Both the position numbers and the translations under genes were made by a program. Below, piece by piece: positions 19,650 to 29,215 of a DNA stretch of 64,000 nt. The DNA comes from Eubacteriales bacterium (lineage in GTDB: Bacteria; Bacillota; Clostridia; Oscillospirales; CAG-272). Numbering within the stretch: the stretch's first letter is position 1; every line of letters begins with the position of its first letter. The notes under the pieces are model-generated. The model was not told where the DNA came from. It did no database searches and saw only the letters and a program-made list of their open reading frames with translations. Location of the stretch: contig JAZNOM010000030.1 in NCBI GenBank assembly GCA_045580835.1, positions 17,162 through 81,161 of the forward strand, given 5' to 3'.

Positions 19650-20926
19650 TATGCTTCACCTCCGTTTTGCACGCCTTCAAGAAAGTAAACAGTGTCAAGA
19701 ACAAGCTTTTTTGCAGTAGCCATAATCTCTTCTTTTGTAATTCTTTCAACAACCTCGATAGCCTCTTCAGGAGATTGAGAAATTCCGGAAAGAATTCGTC
19801 CGGTGTACCAATTCTTAATGGCCTGCGGATTGTCAGAGATCTCTCTGTAAGCATTGATAAGAGAAAGCTTAGCTGCTAACAATTCGTCTTCGGAGAACTC
19901 GCCATTTTTGATTAAATCAAGCTGTTTTAGAATTTCATCACGAGCAACTGAAAAGTTCTTGTTTTCAATTCCAGCTCTCACAAGCATGATGCCCTTTATC
20001 GCCTCAGGAACAGACGCGCAGTAGTAGCACAGACTCATTTTTTCGCGCACGTTCATAAAAAGCATTGAATTTGCGCTGCCACCGTAAAGTTCGGATAAAA
20101 GAGCCATCTTGGGATAGTCACCGTCAGCGAGCACAGTGCCTGTGCGGAACCCCATCACAAGATTTCCCTGCTTACCAATGCAAGTTTCATGCACTTCTTT
20201 AACTTTTTCAACGCAACGTATAACATTTGTGCTTGTTACTACTGTTTTTGTCGGATTGTATTTTTCAAGCATTGTTAAAAGCGATTTTTTAAGCGCAACC
20301 GCATCGGTATGTCCCACAAATGTAATTTCAATATTAGCACTGTCTAAAATCTCTTTGTATTGCGCAAAAACTTCTTCATTAGTAAGCGCGCTTACCACGT
20401 CAGCATCTCCGTGAGAAGACAAACGATAGCTCTCACTTTCGAACATATGCTCGCTTAAACGGCTGATAGCATATTTTGCCTTATTGTTGATTTCGGCAGC
20501 GATGTCGTCAAGCTGATTTCGTTTTTCGCTCTCAAAAAAGCTTTGGCAAAATACACCGTTTTCGGTAAGCGGTGAAAAAATAATCTCACCAAGCACTTCC
20601 ATAGCTCCGCCTAAAATATCGGTATTGTCAAGTGCAAAGCGGTTATCAAGTGCATCAATCGAAAAACTGAGTAGCTGTGTCTCGCCAAAGCAAGTAGCCT
20701 TTGTATATATATCTGCCGAATACAGATATTCAAGCTTTTTGGAAAGCTCAATCATATTGGGATAAGAAACCGTGCCGCGCTTAAGTGTTTTCAAAATAAG
20801 TTCATTAACGGCACTTGCTTTTTTATCAAAAGGAACAACAAACGAAACTGAAAGATAATTGGACTTGAATTTGTCTACATCAATATAATTGATAGCAACT
20901 CTGTCGGTTAGAAATTCTCTTTTCAT
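19649..20926 (-). CDS. M16 family peptidase-like protein lacking HxxEH (non-catalytic partner)
   Basis: Same size and fold pattern as the neighbouring M16 gene, 1 nt start/stop overlap, and no HxxEH noticed. Confidence 0.7.
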   Translation of the reverse strand: MKREFLTDRVAINYIDVDKFKSNYLSVSFVVPFDKKASAVNELILKTLKRGTVSYPNMIELSKKLEYLYSADIYTKATCFGETQLLSFSIDALDNRFALDNTDILGGAMEVLGEIIFSPLTENGVFCQSFFESEKRNQLDDIAAEINNKAKYAISRLSEHMFESESYRLSSHGDADVVSALTNEEVFAQYKEILDSANIEITFVGHTDAVALKKSLLTMLEKYNPTKTVVTSTNVIRCVEKVKEVHETCIGKQGNLVMGFRTGTVLADGDYPKMALLSELYGGSANSMLFMNVREKMSLCYYCASVPEAIKGIMLVRAGIENKNFSVARDEILKQLDLIKNGEFSEDELLAAKLSLINAYREISDNPQAIKNWYTGRILSGISQSPEEAIEVVERITKEEIMATAKKLVLDTVYFLEGVQNGGEA

Positions 20927-21007
20927 AAAACAATTAACCTCAAAATTTATAATACAATATATTATACACCCAATAAATCAATCTTTCAATAAAAAAATCA
21001 AATCGCC

Positions 21008-21036
21008 TTGAAATATTCTTTTAGCTGTGTTATACT
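21008..21036 (+). promoter_or_regulatory. sigma-A promoter for thioesterase gene
   Basis: TTGAAA, 17 nt spacer, TGt-TATACT. Confidence 0.55.
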
Positions 21037-21066
21037 ATTTAGGCAATTCACTTTTGGAGGCAGCAT

Positions 21067-21450
21067 ATGGAAATCGGAATCAAACATACAATAACAGAAG
21101 TTGTTACACCTGATAAAACAGCGGCAAATGTCGGCAGCGGACTTTTACCCGTATATGCGACACCTGCCATGATAGCACTTATGGAAAAATGCGCGTCCGA
21201 ATGTGTTGCACCTTACATTGAAGACGGCAAATCGTCGGTGGGAACAATGCTTAATGTAAAGCACCTCGCCGCTTCTCCTATCGGCATTAAAGTTACTTGC
21301 ACCGCTACTCTCACTGAGGTTGACGGCCGCCGTCTTGTGTTCTCGCTTGAAGCATCCGACGAAAAAGGTCCTATCGGAGAGGGTACGCACGAGCGTTTCA
21401 TAATTGATGTCGAACGCTTTATGTCAAAATGCAACTCAAAACTTAACTAA
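21067..21450 (+). CDS. hotdog-fold thioesterase (FlK/YbgC-like)
   Basis: 127 aa. The pattern VGSGLLPVYATPAMIALME...HLAASPIGIKV...EGTHERFII is typical of small hotdog thioesterases. Confidence 0.7.
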   Translation: MEIGIKHTITEVVTPDKTAANVGSGLLPVYATPAMIALMEKCASECVAPYIEDGKSSVGTMLNVKHLAASPIGIKVTCTATLTEVDGRRLVFSLEASDEKGPIGEGTHERFIIDVERFMSKCNSKLN

Positions 21451-21473
21451 ATATGCGGCAAAAGCCGCAATTT

Positions 21474-21548
21474 GCCTGCATAGTTAAATGGATATAATAA
21501 CCCCCTCCTAAGGGGTAGTTACAGGTTCGATTCCTGTTGCGGGTGCCA
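21474..21548 (+). tRNA. tRNA-Arg (anticodon CCU)
   Basis: Manual cloverleaf. Acceptor GCCTGCA/TGCGGGT (two G-U pairs). D arm GTTA-AATGGATA-TAAT with GG. Anticodon arm ACCCC-CTCCTAA-GGGGT (U33, CCT, A37). 4 nt variable loop. T arm ACAGG-TTCGATT-CCTGT. Discriminator G followed by encoded CCA. Confidence 0.7.
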
Positions 21549-21588
21549 AAAAGACTACTGCCGCTTTTTTGCGGCAATAGTCTTTTTC
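21549..21588 (+). terminator. intrinsic terminator after tRNA
   Basis: agactactgccgc-tttttt-gcggcaatagtct followed by ttttt. Confidence 0.7.
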
Positions 21589-21687
21589 TCTTTTGCTTGA
21601 TAATCGAACCTGCTAATATCGCTTGCGATATTATTAATTTGCGACTACACCAAAGTACGTTTCATTGCTATGCTTGTCGCAAATTTT

Positions 21688-21717
21688 GGTTCCGATTCCT
21701 GTTGCGGGTGCCAAAAA
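21688..21717 (+). repeat. duplicated copy of tRNA-Arg 3' end (T-loop to CCA plus 5 nt)
   Basis: ggttccgattcctgttgcgggtgccaaaaa versus 21524-21552 ggttcgattcctgttgcgggtgccaaaaa, with a single 1 nt indel. No cloverleaf can be built upstream of it. Confidence 0.85.
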
Positions 21718-21750
21718 TACCGTAGTCACAAATGTGACTACGGTATTTTT
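21713..21750. terminator. bidirectional terminator (serves minus-strand 931 aa gene)
   Basis: ataccgtagtcac...gtgactacggtat flanked by A5 and T5. Confidence 0.75.
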
Positions 21751-21754
21751 ACAA

Positions 21755-24550
21755 TTATATAATTTTTTTGAGTAAGCGAATGACATTGGCAAGCGAGATA
21801 TCATTTAATCCGTAGAAATTAACCGTGTTTTCGTTTGCACCGTTAACAAAATACTTAATTATAAGCAAAGCATCTTTTACCGTAAGCATTTCGTCACCGT
21901 CAAAGTCGCCCATTATTTCAAGAGCGTTTGTGATACCTTCGCCGCGAGTAATTGTTACAGTTCCGGTGTTTTTATTAGGCTCGATTACCACTGCGCCACC
22001 GTTGGAACCCGGTAAAGCGTAGTCACGAATCGCCCATCCGTCATGCCATGCGCCAACATTCATTGTAATACTGCCGGTGAGGTAGTTATTACCGCACGCC
22101 GCACTGTATCTGCCGGTGGTATTGTTTGAGATATTGGTAAACTTGACACCACTACCAATATTCAAAGTCATGTTACCGCTATATGTACCGTATACAGCTG
22201 TTACACGGTAAAGATAGTTTCCACCGTGAATGTATGAATATGTACCACCGTTCACATTTACCACGCAGTCCTTATCCGAGCTTGCGCTTTCTTCGGTGCT
22301 ATAGTATGTATCCGTCTTGTTGCATGGATACGTCACATATCCGACAGAAAGCATAGGATAGTGAGTGCTTTCTGTTTCAAAAGTCTCGGTCAAAGTCGTA
22401 TTATTATAACCAAGCTCAATCATGATAGAGTTTTTGGAAGAGGTGGTGAGCATAAAGTTATCCATAACAATATCACTTTGCGCAAGGAAATACTTGGAGT
22501 TAGATACAAGTTTTGCGCCTTCGCCCTCGCCTACAATTGTAAAATGCTCAACAGGCGGAGTGCTTAAAACTCGATTTTGGTCATAGGTTTCAGCAGTATA
22601 AGTTCCGATAATATGGAGCGTGGAGGTAGGGGCCGCCTTTGCAAAAGCAATCATAAGACTGTTTGTAGGATTGTCCTTTGTAGCCTCTATATTTAAAGTA
22701 CCGTATACTGTACCTTCAACAAATTCTTCCTCTTTTTCAGGAACAGCAGGAGCGATGTATATATGCTCGCTCTCGAATCCTTCAAGCCTGCACACACCGT
22801 TGTAAATAGCGTTACAAAGTACATCTACGTATATAGCGTATCCGTCTGCATGAGGATGGAGGTTGTCGCTTGAAAGGAATTTGCCGTCAATAGCATCTTG
22901 AAGTGTAAGCGCATAAAGGTCAATCAAGGTATATTTATCGCTTGATTTCGCAAGAGTATCAACTGCCTTCATCTGGTATGCGCGCACGCTTATCGCACCG
23001 TATCCCAATGTAGAGGGACGGTGAGTTGCGGTTGTAGCATATACTTTCTTGGTTGTATCAAGATCGCCAAAATCTTTGAGGAGCTGCATATACTCTTCGT
23101 AGAAGCGGTCAAGCTGTCCTCTGCCACCTTGAATTACACCTGCGTCATTTGTACCAAGACCTACAATAAACCAATCAGCATCGGATTCAAGTGCAAGATT
23201 ATATGCAAGCATATCGTTATAATACTGACCGTTGTAATCCTCTACTCTGGTGCCACTGCAGCCGTAGTTACCAAGAATTACATCCCCTCTCTCGCTATGT
23301 AGCTTTTTAAGCAATTGAGCCGGATATGACAAACGCTGACGGTCACCCGAAGAATTACCTTCAGTAATAGAGTCACCGATACAAGCTATGCGGAGCGGCT
23401 CTTGATACTCCTGCTCTGCATCATTCACTAAATCAAAACGCTTAAATTTAACATCAAACTTTTCGGGAAATGTAAGTGTCGCTTTGTTGTTACTGTCAGG
23501 ATAAGCCTTGACTTGTGTTGCATCCAACGTCATGCTGCTTGCAAGTGTTGCTTTGTCGGAAATTGAAAGGTTATAGTTACCTCTCAAAAGAAGAGTGTAC
23601 ACTGAAGCGTTTTGAAAAGCGTTGATTTCGCAACCGTAAAAAGTGCCGCCGTCTATATTAATAGAAATATCGCCGTCACAAACATAGTACTTTTTGTCGG
23701 ATCGAGTAGCTTGAGAAGCCGCGCTTGCATTAGTGCACATTTCGCCTAAATGCCCTTGCGCATAAATCGGAGAATTAAATGTACCGCCATTGATAGTAAG
23801 AGTAGCTTTATCAGCAAGAATCGAATATCCGGAAATGCTGAATTTGCAATCAAGCTTAAGCGCATCATCTGCACTATAGTCGACATGTGTGCCGAAAGTA
23901 CCGTTGTTAATCGTTATATTTATAGGCGCTGCGATGGAACCAACGATAGCAGTAGCAGAACTTCTTCTATTACCTCCGAAGAATTTTGCAAATGTTCCTC
24001 CGTTTACCGTTATAGAATACTCACGTTCGGTGATACATGCTAAATTATTTGCATAATTAACAGCTAAATCTCCAGTAGTATTTTCGGGATTTGTCGCACA
24101 ATCCACACCGCCGTAAAACGAAAGTTCACCGTCAATTGTAACGTTTTCGGTAAATAAAACGTTATTGAATCCACCAAACATCGCTTGTCCGCTTGTGAGA
24201 TATATCGGACAATCAATAGTTATAAGATTATCATTTGTGTTTTTCTCAAAGGCAAGCGTGCTGCTTAAAATCAACTTTGCGCCGTTTTCGGCAGAGATAG
24301 TTAAATCACCGCTTTGCTCTTGAATTATAGTTTTAGCTGACACGGTATAACTATCTATTATTACAATTTTTCCGGTCTTGCCGTCAAGCGCTTCTACGGC
24401 TTCTGTCAGTTTACCGAAAGGAAAACTGTGGGTACCTATTCCGTTAGCACCGTCCTTAAGATATACAATGTTTTCGCTTGCAAAAGAGTTAATAACCATA
24501 ACAAAAGAAAGAATAGCAACAAGCAATACTAACTTATAAATTTTACGCAT
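21755..24550 (-). CDS. secreted multidomain protein: beta-helix-like module, SGNH/GDSL esterase, second beta-helix-like module, dockerin-like C-terminus
   Basis: Signal peptide. All four SGNH blocks are present (ACIGDSITEGN; YGCSGT; GLGTNDAG; SDNLHPH). Repeated (I/V)NGGTF motifs. C-terminal GDFDGDEMLTVKDALLIIKY...LNDISLANVIRLLKK resembles a dockerin. Confidence 0.75.
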   Translation of the reverse strand: MRKIYKLVLLVAILSFVMVINSFASENIVYLKDGANGIGTHSFPFGKLTEAVEALDGKTGKIVIIDSYTVSAKTIIQEQSGDLTISAENGAKLILSSTLAFEKNTNDNLITIDCPIYLTSGQAMFGGFNNVLFTENVTIDGELSFYGGVDCATNPENTTGDLAVNYANNLACITEREYSITVNGGTFAKFFGGNRRSSATAIVGSIAAPINITINNGTFGTHVDYSADDALKLDCKFSISGYSILADKATLTINGGTFNSPIYAQGHLGEMCTNASAASQATRSDKKYYVCDGDISINIDGGTFYGCEINAFQNASVYTLLLRGNYNLSISDKATLASSMTLDATQVKAYPDSNNKATLTFPEKFDVKFKRFDLVNDAEQEYQEPLRIACIGDSITEGNSSGDRQRLSYPAQLLKKLHSERGDVILGNYGCSGTRVEDYNGQYYNDMLAYNLALESDADWFIVGLGTNDAGVIQGGRGQLDRFYEEYMQLLKDFGDLDTTKKVYATTATHRPSTLGYGAISVRAYQMKAVDTLAKSSDKYTLIDLYALTLQDAIDGKFLSSDNLHPHADGYAIYVDVLCNAIYNGVCRLEGFESEHIYIAPAVPEKEEEFVEGTVYGTLNIEATKDNPTNSLMIAFAKAAPTSTLHIIGTYTAETYDQNRVLSTPPVEHFTIVGEGEGAKLVSNSKYFLAQSDIVMDNFMLTTSSKNSIMIELGYNNTTLTETFETESTHYPMLSVGYVTYPCNKTDTYYSTEESASSDKDCVVNVNGGTYSYIHGGNYLYRVTAVYGTYSGNMTLNIGSGVKFTNISNNTTGRYSAACGNNYLTGSITMNVGAWHDGWAIRDYALPGSNGGAVVIEPNKNTGTVTITRGEGITNALEIMGDFDGDEMLTVKDALLIIKYFVNGANENTVNFYGLNDISLANVIRLLKKII

Positions 24551-24660
24551 AATTTCCTCCTTAACAATAATGCTGTATTATAATTCTAATAAACATCGTT
24601 CGTAAGCACAATCTTTTACTCTGAAAATCATATTTTTTGATATAATTTTTGTTATTTTTG

Positions 24661-27600
24661 TTATGCCTGTGCTTTGTAAACAACCTCCACGTCATCTATG
24701 CATAATGGAATATCGCCTAGGTCAAGAGAAATGGTATTATTCACTTGGTTAAGAATAACGGGAACATATACACAGTTGGCATTGGTACCGTTTACATTTG
24801 CAGTTGTCTTATAAAATGGAACTACACCGTAATCGGTATCACCGTTAAGTGATACTTTGACATCACATATAGAACTGTTTACATTGGAAAAAGTGATTTT
24901 TAAAAATACTTCCTTATCAAACTTACCACTTACACCAATATTAACAATGCCGGTATAATTACTGTCGGTTGAAATAGTTTCTATTTTTGCTTTTTCAGCA
25001 GTAATTTCTTCTACGCGCTCAATAATTATATCGTCAATTACAGCATATTTGAACGGATTCGTGCCTTTGGGGATATATATACCAAACTCCATGCTCTCGT
25101 TTGTAGCGGTAAATATAAATTCACGTTTTACAAACGGGTCTGTGTCATATACAGTAACATATTCGATATTTGCATTGTCGCCAACATATACAAAAGCTGC
25201 GGTTTTATCGGTTGTGCGAACGTATGCGGTCACGCGGTACTGTTTTCCTACCGTGAGATTGTCAATGGTCTTGGAGAGGCGGCTTTCGATTTCTGAATTG
25301 CTAGATAGCTTTACAGCGTATTTGCCGGTAAAGAAATTTGAATCAATTGCGACTGTGCCTTGAGTTTTAAATTCATCAAGTTTTCCGCTTTCAAAGTCTT
25401 CTAAAAGTTTAACTTCCGGTTCGGCAACATCGGTTACGGGGATATAATAACAACCGTTTTCAACCTTGCCGCCGTTTTCTGTAAGCACTCGCTCAAAATT
25501 GCGCTGTACTAAATCCAACAAATCCCTAATCTTAAAGTATTCTTCAAGATTTGCAGCGTGCATCCAATAGCCCTGCGCAATATCAGTATTAGATCTGTTA
25601 TATATTACTCCGTTTCCGTTTTGCCAAAGCTTTTCATTCATTTTTGCTTTATCTGACGGAGAAATTCCAAGGTTTTCCCATCCGTGCATAATACCGACAA
25701 CGCCAAGGCCTACCGCACATGCACTCTCACCGCCGTTGCCCTGCAGAGCGATGATTTTGCAAGTTTCCATGTAGTCGCCGTCTCCGTATAGAAGCCCCAT
25801 AACAATAATTGATGAGAAAATTGAGGCTTCACTCATACTATCTGCTTTATCATATTTAGGCAGATAAAAACGGTCCTCGCATTCGAGAAGCGCAGCACGC
25901 CAATCATCGGGAGTTGAGGCATGAATCTTTATACATTCATCAACTACATAGCGCTCCCAACTACCCATAGGAAGTGTTTTGGCGGCTTTTTCAATTATAG
26001 TACCGATATCGCTTTCAACATACGCAAGTGAATATACTGCAGAAAAGAATTCCGCCCAAGTAACAGGATCTCTGTTGCTTGTTACATAGCCAAATGTATT
26101 TGCAAGGTTAACGGATACATTTGGCATACCGGCAGCAATCATACCTAAAGTTTCGTTTTCAATGATTGGCTCACCGCAATATGAATACATATTTCCATAT
26201 TCTACATTTCCGAGGAATGCAGGAAAATAACCTTTCTTTGCAAGTTTATACGCTCCATAAGTGTGGTGACCGCCGCCCATATCATAAATACAATAATCTG
26301 CCCATGATTTTCCAATAGTTTTTGAAGCAAACATACCGTATTTTTCATACATATCGTCAATCATGAAAAGGCTGAAATAGTCGATGCTGTAATCATCGTC
26401 AATCCAAACTTGCCAAAGACCAAGTTCTTCGTTGTATGTAAGCTTATTTTCATGCTTATTATGAGCATTGTTACCTGCGTACGGGCCATTCAAAAAATCA
26501 AACCATTCGTCCGGTAAATTGAATCGCGGTACACCGTTAAGATATACCATTTCATAACCGGTGAGTACACCTGTAATTTGTGAAAGCATTCCGCAAAGAG
26601 TTTTATCACGATATGTTTCTATCGGAAGAACATAATACCCGTTTTCTATTTTTGCATTTTCCAAAACGACAGGTGTCTTTTCTTCAGGGGCTTTAGCCAA
26701 CAAGGCTGCCGAAGCAGCCTTGTCTAAATCTTCATAAGCAAAAACGCCTGCATTAATTAAATTAATTGATACGTACTCTCCATTTTTCGCAGTAGAATAA
26801 AGTGTTGCAAAACAGATACTAAAAGCATCGCCGCGAGAAAAAGAGGAAAGCGCTGTTGTGCTGTCTTTCATTCCAACTTTGTTTGCAAGAATGAAAGGAT
26901 TGTTCCATACGAACTCGCCGTCGGCATCACTGTAACCAATCGCACGCAAAAGGAGTGTTAGGAATTGTGCCTCGTCCACTGTGCCATTGGGATCAAACTT
27001 CGTTGCGCTACGACCGCTTGTGATTTTATTAGTATAAGCATAACCAATATACTTATCAGCCCAAGAAGGTACATCTGTAAAGGGATGTGAATAATTGCCG
27101 TTTTTAACCTCGTTTTCTTTTCCAAGGAAACGAATAACCTGAACAATAGACTCTGCTCTGGTAAGGCTTCCGGCTTCATCAAAATTAATTTCTCCGCTTG
27201 CGGTTGTTCCCTTGCCTGCAAGAAGATTCAATTTATTAAGAAATACTGCACACATATGAGGGTTTACAAGAGCAGGTTTCTTTAAAGATTCTGTTTCCGT
27301 TACTTTTGTAAACTGTGCTGAAATTTCAGCAAAATTTGAGTTATTCTTTACTTCATCAGAAGCTGCAAGTGTTGTACCGTTTGTGAAAGTAACCTTGCCA
27401 ACGGGCTTCATCGAAGGGCAATCCCAATAAAACTTGCCAATGGTGCCGCTGTTCCAATTAAGCGTAAAAGATGCCGCAGTCATCGTTTGCGTTGAACCGT
27501 AAAACGTTGAAATCTTTGCATTATCAGCAAGAGTCAAAGTGATATCGCCAAGAGTGGCACCATCTATATTAGCACCGGTAGCATTAAAGGTAGATACCTC

Positions 27601-29202
27601 TGCATTACCGCCGATATATACATTGGCGTTACCATATGTTCCGGCAATCGCACGGTTAGCAGTAACAATATATATCTTTGAGCCGGACATAACTCTAATA
27701 TTGATCTCTCGATTATCGTTAAGCTTTGTCTGGCCCACCTTGCTATAATAGCCGCCAACAATCGTAAATGAGCGAGCAATTGTGCTGCCTGTTAAAGTTT
27801 CGGTGCCGGTAATGGTGACACCTTCACCAACAGTAAACGGATAATGGCGCGCAACAAAAACTACACCACCGTTACTTCCGCTTGCTGCACTCACAAGGTT
27901 AATATTTTCAAACTTTGTTTCACATACGCTTCCGTAGCAATATGGCATAAAAACATACTTTGCACCGGTTTCACGATAGTCAACACCGTCATAAACAGAC
28001 GTGAATGTAACACTGCCGTCATATTCACCGTCATAAATATAATTTGCTTTTGGGGTTGTAAATGTTCCGCAAATTACTATAGTACAATCTTTTGACAAGT
28101 CGAGTGCCTCATATGCATCGAGAAAAGAGCCGACGGCATCAGCAGCACTAGAACCGGCACCGATTCCTCCGTCTTTAAGATAAACAGCAGTTCCCTTTTG
28201 CACAGTTACGCTATCATTTACGGTTTTAACTTCATCAAACTGCGAAGCTATTTCTGCAAAATTTGCGCGCTTTTGGGCTTTTTCGGTTACACTTAAAATA
28301 GTATTATCAAAACTTACAACACCTACCGGTGACATATAAGGACAATCCCAAAAGAACTTTTCGATAGTGCCGGAAAGCCAATTAAACGTCATGGTTCCGG
28401 CGTTCATTGTCTGTGTGGAACCGTAAAAATTTACTATAGATGCATTGTCTTTAAGAGTCACGTTTACATTTGCGAGCTTTGAACCGTTAACGCCCGCGCT
28501 TGTTGCATTTAGCGTTGAAACAGAAGCATTACCGCCTATTGTAATATTGACATCGCCATATGTTCCGACAATGTTTCGGTTAGCTCCAACAATATAAATT
28601 TTAGAACCGGAAAGAACGGTAATATCAATTATGTTTGTATCGCTTGAAAGGGGGGCACCGACTGATTTATAGTAACCGCCTATAATTGTAAATGACTGCG
28701 CAATTTTGCCGCCGGTAAGGTTCTTGCCGCCGGTAATTGTCACACCTTCGCCAAGTGTGAATGGATGATGCTGTGCAACAAACACAACGCCGCCGTTACT
28801 ACCGTCAGGGTTGCCGCTTTCAAGGTCAATATTCTCGAACTTTGTTTCGCTTGGGCAAGCAAAACAATATGGAGAAAATACATACTTTGCTCCGGTTGTG
28901 CGGTAATCCATTCCGTCATAAACCGAAGTAAATGTAACGCTTCCGTCAAATGTACCCTCAAAACTGAAATTCTTAAAAGGCACATTGAACTCGCCACAAA
29001 CCACTATTGTACAATTTTTGGACAGATTAAGCGCTTTATAAGCTGCATCCAAAGAACCTACAGGAGTATTGGCGCTCAAGCCGTTACCGATGCCATTATC
29101 GCTTAAATAAACAACCGTTGCGTCCCCCGCAGCAGATGTAATAACCGAAAAACAAGTTATCAAAATAACAAGCAATGCAAAACAGATTATTCTTTTTTTC
29201 AT
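24661..29202 (-). CDS. 1513 aa secreted surface protein: two tandem ~310 aa beta-helix-like modules, SLH-like segment, ADP-ribosylglycohydrolase-like domain, CBM-like jelly-roll C-terminus
   Basis: Signal peptide. Internal duplication of aa 26-335 and 336-639. FTDVPSWADKYIGYAY...FDPNGTVDEAQF is SLH-like. DDDYSIDY...ALQGNGGESACAVGLGVVGIMHG is ARH-like with degenerate Asp ligands. The C-terminal LEDFESGKLDEF...YRVTAYVR is CBM-like. Confidence 0.6.
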   Translation of the reverse strand: MKKRIICFALLVILITCFSVITSAAGDATVVYLSDNGIGNGLSANTPVGSLDAAYKALNLSKNCTIVVCGEFNVPFKNFSFEGTFDGSVTFTSVYDGMDYRTTGAKYVFSPYCFACPSETKFENIDLESGNPDGSNGGVVFVAQHHPFTLGEGVTITGGKNLTGGKIAQSFTIIGGYYKSVGAPLSSDTNIIDITVLSGSKIYIVGANRNIVGTYGDVNITIGGNASVSTLNATSAGVNGSKLANVNVTLKDNASIVNFYGSTQTMNAGTMTFNWLSGTIEKFFWDCPYMSPVGVVSFDNTILSVTEKAQKRANFAEIASQFDEVKTVNDSVTVQKGTAVYLKDGGIGAGSSAADAVGSFLDAYEALDLSKDCTIVICGTFTTPKANYIYDGEYDGSVTFTSVYDGVDYRETGAKYVFMPYCYGSVCETKFENINLVSAASGSNGGVVFVARHYPFTVGEGVTITGTETLTGSTIARSFTIVGGYYSKVGQTKLNDNREINIRVMSGSKIYIVTANRAIAGTYGNANVYIGGNAEVSTFNATGANIDGATLGDITLTLADNAKISTFYGSTQTMTAASFTLNWNSGTIGKFYWDCPSMKPVGKVTFTNGTTLAASDEVKNNSNFAEISAQFTKVTETESLKKPALVNPHMCAVFLNKLNLLAGKGTTASGEINFDEAGSLTRAESIVQVIRFLGKENEVKNGNYSHPFTDVPSWADKYIGYAYTNKITSGRSATKFDPNGTVDEAQFLTLLLRAIGYSDADGEFVWNNPFILANKVGMKDSTTALSSFSRGDAFSICFATLYSTAKNGEYVSINLINAGVFAYEDLDKAASAALLAKAPEEKTPVVLENAKIENGYYVLPIETYRDKTLCGMLSQITGVLTGYEMVYLNGVPRFNLPDEWFDFLNGPYAGNNAHNKHENKLTYNEELGLWQVWIDDDYSIDYFSLFMIDDMYEKYGMFASKTIGKSWADYCIYDMGGGHHTYGAYKLAKKGYFPAFLGNVEYGNMYSYCGEPIIENETLGMIAAGMPNVSVNLANTFGYVTSNRDPVTWAEFFSAVYSLAYVESDIGTIIEKAAKTLPMGSWERYVVDECIKIHASTPDDWRAALLECEDRFYLPKYDKADSMSEASIFSSIIVMGLLYGDGDYMETCKIIALQGNGGESACAVGLGVVGIMHGWENLGISPSDKAKMNEKLWQNGNGVIYNRSNTDIAQGYWMHAANLEEYFKIRDLLDLVQRNFERVLTENGGKVENGCYYIPVTDVAEPEVKLLEDFESGKLDEFKTQGTVAIDSNFFTGKYAVKLSSNSEIESRLSKTIDNLTVGKQYRVTAYVRTTDKTAAFVYVGDNANIEYVTVYDTDPFVKREFIFTATNESMEFGIYIPKGTNPFKYAVIDDIIIERVEEITAEKAKIETISTDSNYTGIVNIGVSGKFDKEVFLKITFSNVNSSICDVKVSLNGDTDYGVVPFYKTTANVNGTNANCVYVPVILNQVNNTISLDLGDIPLCIDDVEVVYKAQA
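27286..29127 (-). repeat. in-frame tandem duplication (2 x ~920 bp) inside the 1513 aa gene
   Basis: The protein repeats align along their full length, e.g. DGSVTFTSVYDG(M/V)DYR(T/E)TGAKYVF, SNGGVVFVA, SGSKIYIV, FYGSTQTM and NFAEI(A/S)(S/A)QF. Confidence 0.85.
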
Positions 29203-29215
29203 AAACTCTCCTTAA

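Noticed and set aside
21600-21717. Possible second complete tRNA ending at the duplicated ...GCGGGTGCCA
   Set aside because: The upstream sequence cannot form acceptor, D or anticodon arms. The T-stem is broken (tttgg/cctgt) and the T-loop has 8 nt, so only a 3' fragment is present.
21537-21725. 62 aa ORF spanning the region between the tRNA 3' end and its duplicate
   Set aside because: It starts inside the tRNA acceptor stem and runs through two terminator hairpins. It is better explained as non-coding att-like scar sequence.
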